Of a stretch of 54,917 nucleotides of DNA, positions 52,201 through 54,917 are shown piece by piece. The notes below the pieces were generated by a model, which saw nothing but the letters and a program-made list of their open reading frames with translations, was not told the origin of the DNA and did no database searches. The DNA lies in the NCBI GenBank assembly GCA_038064695.1, contig JBBTSO010000002.1, forward strand, positions 38,252 to 93,168. Direction: 5' to 3'. This stretch comes from Patescibacteria group bacterium. Its GTDB lineage: Bacteria > Patescibacteriota > Minisyncoccia > Phycocordibacterales > Phycocordibacteraceae. Position 1 is the stretch's first letter. Each line of letters starts with the position of its first letter. The position numbers were made by a program, and so were the translations under genes.

Positions 52201-54917
52201 GTTGGATCCCGTGTCACCGATGTAGACGTCAGAGCCATAAGCGCTTCCGATGACCACCTGTTCGGAACCTGAGGTGGTGTCAACGCGGAAGAGCGGTGCC
52301 GCCGTTGTCGAGGTGGCGATGGTCCAGGCGTACTTGTTGTTGTTGATGACCGTGGTGGTTGCCGCCGCAGTGGTGAAGTCGAGAAGTCCGCCAGTTATTG
52401 AGAGGTTGGTGGTTGAGGCGTTGGTGACGGTGAGTTTTGAGAGGGCGCTGTCGAAGGTGAAGGCGGCGCTTGAGGTTAAGGTGTCGGCGTCTGACCAGAA
52501 TGCGACACGCGTGGAAGCACCGGATCCATCAATGGTTCCTGAACCCCCGCCGACACACGTATCGTTAATTGCATAGCACCCAGTCGTAATGTTGTAGCCA
52601 ACATTTGATGTGGAGGTTGCTGATCCTGAAATGTTTAATCCCGAAAGAGTCGTCGTGCCGAAGCCGTCAGCAGCGGTTGAAAGAAAGACAGTGGCATTTG
52701 ATGATGATGCAATCTGGAAGAGCGATGTTGTTTGACCGCCTGACGCTTGTACCGCAAGAGTCGCGTATGGCGTGGTGGTGCCAACGCCCAAGCGAGAACC
52801 GGTAAAGACAAAGCTTGCAGTTGAGGCCAGGGTATCTGCTGACGACGTGTAGAGTACCGTGTTTGTACCACCAAAGGTAGCGAGTCCCGTCCCTCCGCGT
52901 GCCACGTCGAGCGCGCCTGAATCAACGTTCAAGGTTCCTACCCCTCCCGAGGTGTATACAACACCGTCAGAGGTTAAGTTTGAAAGTGTTGCAATATTTT
53001 GCGACGTATTGACCGTTACATCCCCCGCACTGTAGGTAAGTCCTGTACTGAACGTAGTAGTCGCCACCCAACTTGGTACTCCGGAGACCAAGGAAAGAAT
53101 CTGTCCATTGGTGCCAGCAGAGGTGGTGGCGAGTCGTGACGTGCCATTGCCCAGAAGCAGCGTGTTGGCTTGGAGGTTTGCCCAGCCAGTACCGCCGTTG
53201 GCAATGGCGAGGATGGAAGAGCCAACGTCGGAGACGAGGTCAATGGTGGCGGTGGCAACCACGCCGGCGGTTGCCTTAAGGAAGCCGGTTAAGGTACCGA
53301 GGGTAAAGGTATTGGAGACGATGAGTGCGGAGGTTGATGCTTGCCCCGAGATGGCGATGTTGGTGGAGGTGGCGTTGGTGAAGATGGCGGTTGAGGGAGT
53401 GGCGGCACCAATCGGCGTATTCTCAATGGTGCCACCAGAAATGGTTAAGTTGTTATCAACCTGTGCATCGCTTGCCGTTCCCACGAGATTGGCAAAGTTA
53501 ATATTCAAAGAGGAGGTGGCAACCCATGATGGTCTGCCAGTTGTGTAGTCTTGTGTGAGAAAGCGACCAGCGCCTGAGGTGGTAGCAAGTGCCGTAAGGA
53601 CGGTGGAGCCCGCTCCGAATAGGAGTTGACCATCGGCAACCGAGGAGAGTCCAGTTCCTCCACCTGCTACGTTTAACGTACCTGAAGTTGAAGGAGTAAA
53701 CGTAAATGTACTGCCGGAATTGGTGATTGATGTACCAAGTGTAAGACCGTTGAACGATTGCGTCGACGTAGCAAGAGTGACTGCGCCTGTTTGTGCCGAA
53801 CCATATGTTTGTTGCAATGAAGAAACACCGTTATTAATGGAACTTGTTGCAACCCATGTGGGGATGCCACCAGAGAGTGCGAGAACATATCCATTGGTGC
53901 CGGCACTGGTGGTGGCAAGCGCTGACGTACCGTTCCCGTACACCACTGCTCCCGATTGAATATTTCCCCACCCGGTGCCGCCTTGTGGAACCGAGAGCGC
54001 GGTCGTCAGACCAGAGAGCGATGTAATGTCAGAGTTTGCACCACTTGCTGCCGCACCAAGCGTGGTGCGCGCATCTCCTGCCGTGGTGTCATCTAAAAGT
54101 CCGCGGATGAATGAGGTGAGGGTGGTCAACGCAGCAGTGCCACTCCCCGTGAAATATGGAAGCGAATCTGCAGCAGAGGTAAGTCCCGCAAGCGCGGCAA
54201 GTTCGGTGTCAAACGCTTGAACATCGGTGCCAATTGCAAGTCCGAGGTTGGTACGTGCACCACTTGCAGTAGTTGCACCGGTACCTCCATAAAGAATACC
54301 AACCGATGTCGTTGCTGAAACGACACCGGCGTTGGCTTGGAGCGGCCCGTTCAATGAACCAATGGTGAGTGTTGAATTAAATGTATTGGCGCCAGTCCAC
54401 GTGTTTGAGGTATATGTTTTTGGAATAGTCGTTGACGCGTGAATAAATGAATTGATATTCGAGTCGGCAGCAGTATCGTCAACCGTGAGTGCATTTCCGG
54501 AAACAGTAAGTCCGGTTCCTGCGAATTCGTTGATGGTGTCGCCGCCGATCACAATGTTCCCGCCGAAGGTGACGTTACCGCCGGTGTCAATTGAAGTAGT
54601 TGCCGTCCCCCCGAAGTACGCACTGTACGCAGACAGTTGGGTTGATGATGCACGGGTGAATTGCTGGAGAGCAGTCCACGTGTTCGCGTTTCCGAGGTTA
54701 AGGGCGGCAGTGACAGCAGCAGTCTCCGACCCACTTCCCGAAAGCGTGAGGGTACCTGCACCTGAGTCAGCGAGTGTAGCTACGTAGTTTCCCGTCGTAT
54801 CAGTCCCTAATGCAACAGCGTTAGCGTCAATGGTTGCGGAACCTCCCAAATACGTAAAGTCACCATGATCCCCATCCGCAATCTCTCCCGCGGTGATTGA
54901 GGTACCGAGGTCCGCGG
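49273..54917 (-). CDS. giant repeat-rich surface protein with phage tail-fibre-like repeats (more than 1880 aa; 5' end beyond the window)
   Basis: The frame stays open from 54849 to the window edge (...ADLGTSITAGEIADGDHGDFTYLGGSA...). GGTG(W/L/A) modules recur at least 5 times. A tail-fibre-like ARTNLGL...VQAFDTELAALAGL...PYFTGSG...LT segment is present. A 124-aa module is duplicated. A C-terminal DUF5011-like Ig domain reads PVITLFGNNPAFVAVGATYVDLGASVTD...TYRATDTDGN. Confidence 0.75.
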   Translation of the reverse strand, partial: ADLGTSITAGEIADGDHGDFTYLGGSATIDANAVALGTDTTGNYVATLADSGAGTLTLSGSGSETAAVTAALNLGNANTWTALQQFTRASSTQLSAYSAYFGGTATTSIDTGGNVTFGGNIVIGGDTINEFAGTGLTVSGNALTVDDTAADSNINSFIHASTTIPKTYTSNTWTGANTFNSTLTIGSLNGPLQANAGVVSATTSVGILYGGTGATTASGARTNLGLAIGTDVQAFDTELAALAGLTSAADSLPYFTGSGTAALTTLTSFIRGLLDDTTAGDARTTLGAAASGANSDITSLSGLTTALSVPQGGTGWGNIQSGAVVYGNGTSALATTSAGTNGYVLALSGGIPTWVATSSINNGVSSLQQTYGSAQTGAVTLATSTQSFNGLTLGTSITNSGSTFTFTPSTSGTLNVAGGGTGLSSVADGQLLFGAGSTVLTALATTSGAGRFLTQDYTTGRPSWVATSSLNINFANLVGTASDAQVDNNLTISGGTIENTPIGAATPSTAIFTNATSTNIAISGQASTSALIVSNTFTLGTLTGFLKATAGVVATATIDLVSDVGSSILAIANGGTGWANLQANTLLLGNGTSRLATTSAGTNGQILSLVSGVPSWVATTTFSTGLTYSAGDVTVNTSQNIATLSNLTSDGVVYTSGGVGTLNVDSGALDVARGGTGLATFGGTNTVLYTSSADTLASTASFVFTGSRLGVGTTTPYATLAVQASGGQTTSLFQIASSSNATVFLSTAADGFGTTTLSGLNISGSATSTSNVGYNITTGCYAINDTCVGGGSGTIDGSGASTRVAFWSDADTLTSSAAFTFDSALSKLTVTNASTTNLSITGGLLDFTTAAATTTVINNNKYAWTIATSTTAAPLFRVDTTSGSEQVVIGSAYGSDVYIGDTGSNSNLVFQEASRYINWAGTSGTLGYGIRDSTGTIQVKNSGGSWSNISTSQWTDGASGSISFTSGWVGIGTTTPRWALTVASSTAPQLALTDGSLTSSQWTFRNAGGNLYLATSSPSTFATSTETALTILEANSNVGVSTTSPFAKLSVAGNLASNSIIPNGTYTNNLSAYDLGASASRWNALWAGTVNIGTSTWSLNNGSDGRLSIYDAASGGGNERISALTTGLVGIGTTTPFAKLAVNPVAGDTNQFVVGSSTATSFIITNTGNVGIDDAAPASRLSIGSGGLLRVSSGGDLSFSGTGDYLVGGDDYAFRYDGDQDAGLYFNVSTQGFEFRALDASAIAHFNASTGLVGIGSTTPFAKLAVNPVAGDVNQFVVGSSTATSFIINNAGNIGIGSTTPNGKVTVTPGATGAQSLYGYSINQPAFWAQTTSARTGYLVEVANASFGANDNGAFQFIYPFDTGASTGKVFRASKGTTLADFFWVDIAGSGYFASDVIIGRTAENCTGNSALEGISLCADGTAGFVSIGEFNINRNDSDGVLVRFRQDGTSEATISIAGNTVTYGAFTGAHYATTSENIPRGMLVAYTGQNANESENAESEPIYGVTLASEKNASNVMGVMLALQEPAKPLSEENPYLIMAVGNGDVWVTQGEEESIEPGDNLITSAVSGHAMKDDGEAFISHVVAKAAQPLDWNTVTAVTQDGKKRAKISIIFEQFDKVNGIALDSLVPETTENTETFFASLESGTLFAGMSVPDLLASVLGALRDLYAVVTENTAQLSALSERFMTREIHITNQLCIGETCITEGELKELLALRGGATASIDVAIPTDTEAPVITLFGNNPAFVAVGATYVDLGASVTDNLNQNLGIHTFIGDAEVSVVTLDTSTSTSYTITYRATDTDGNIGEATRTVVVGEQVEVNGDTVVITNIIETATTTTTVNADLSVVSDFALSENVETATSTVEQEAVSATLEDTTAHHEE

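Noticed and set aside
49292-54787. Many 60-160-aa plus-strand ORFs and nested minus-strand ORFs inside the giant gene. The same occurs inside the 1075-aa adhesin gene (16852-19894).
   Set aside because: The G/T/S/A-rich repeat coding sequence leaves several frames open. One long frame explains the whole region, and the shadow ORFs are low-complexity.
1-54917. Alternative genetic code (UGA recoded, as in some CPR lineages).
   Set aside because: TGA terminates well-defined genes in ATGA overlaps (nusB-Nudix/rnc at 8048-8051; rpe/tkt at 45234-45237). The recognised proteins are full-length under the standard code.

Overview
This is a gene-dense segment with most genes on the minus strand. Its content looks like a small-genome, Patescibacteria/CPR-like (Parcubacteria-type) bacterium; that placement is an inference from gene content, not from any search. 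The standard genetic code applies: TGA is used as a stop in ATGA start/stop overlaps at 8048-8051 and 45234-45237. All calls come from reading the ORF translations and the DNA by eye. No homology search, HMM or folding program was run.

Housekeeping genes recognised by motif:
- Translation and ribosome: trmD, a KH protein, rpsP, rpmF, thrS, a PheRS, tRNA-Thr(UGU), tsf, rpsB, prfA, rpmE, rplY.
- RNA processing: RNase R, rnc, a NusB-Nudix fusion, rnhB.
- DNA: a short SMC-like ATPase, dnaE, gyrB.
- Metabolism: a gap-rpiB-rpe-split tkt-cfa-ABC operon.

Surface and envelope genes:
- a type IV pilin;
- a sortase next to a 1075-aa multi-Ig adhesin;
- a CARDB-like protein, a PEGA protein and a processive GT2 synthase;
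- an MltB-like lytic transglycosylase;
- a protein of more than 1880 aa with tail-fibre-like repeats, cut by the window end, followed by a DUF2341/LamG-like protein.

Observations most worth a second look:
1. A divergent pair of an FAD-linked oxidase and a PTOX/AOX-type di-iron quinol oxidase.
2. A PheRS built like the mitochondrial monomeric enzyme (catalytic core plus FDX-ACB domain), with no adjacent pheT.
3. A sortase substrate whose VPYTG-TM-basic sorting signal is internal and is followed by about 295 more residues.
4. A small GIY-YIG ORF lying between a 20-nt duplication of the 5' end of tRNA-Thr, with its stop codon inside the tRNA.
5. A NusB-Nudix fusion translationally coupled to RNase III.
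6. An SMC-like protein with no room for a hinge domain.
7. A -10 hexamer 6-9 nt upstream of the start codon at about 18 genes, which suggests widespread leaderless mRNAs.
8. Several structured intergenic elements.

I found no CRISPR array, rRNA gene or classical transposon.
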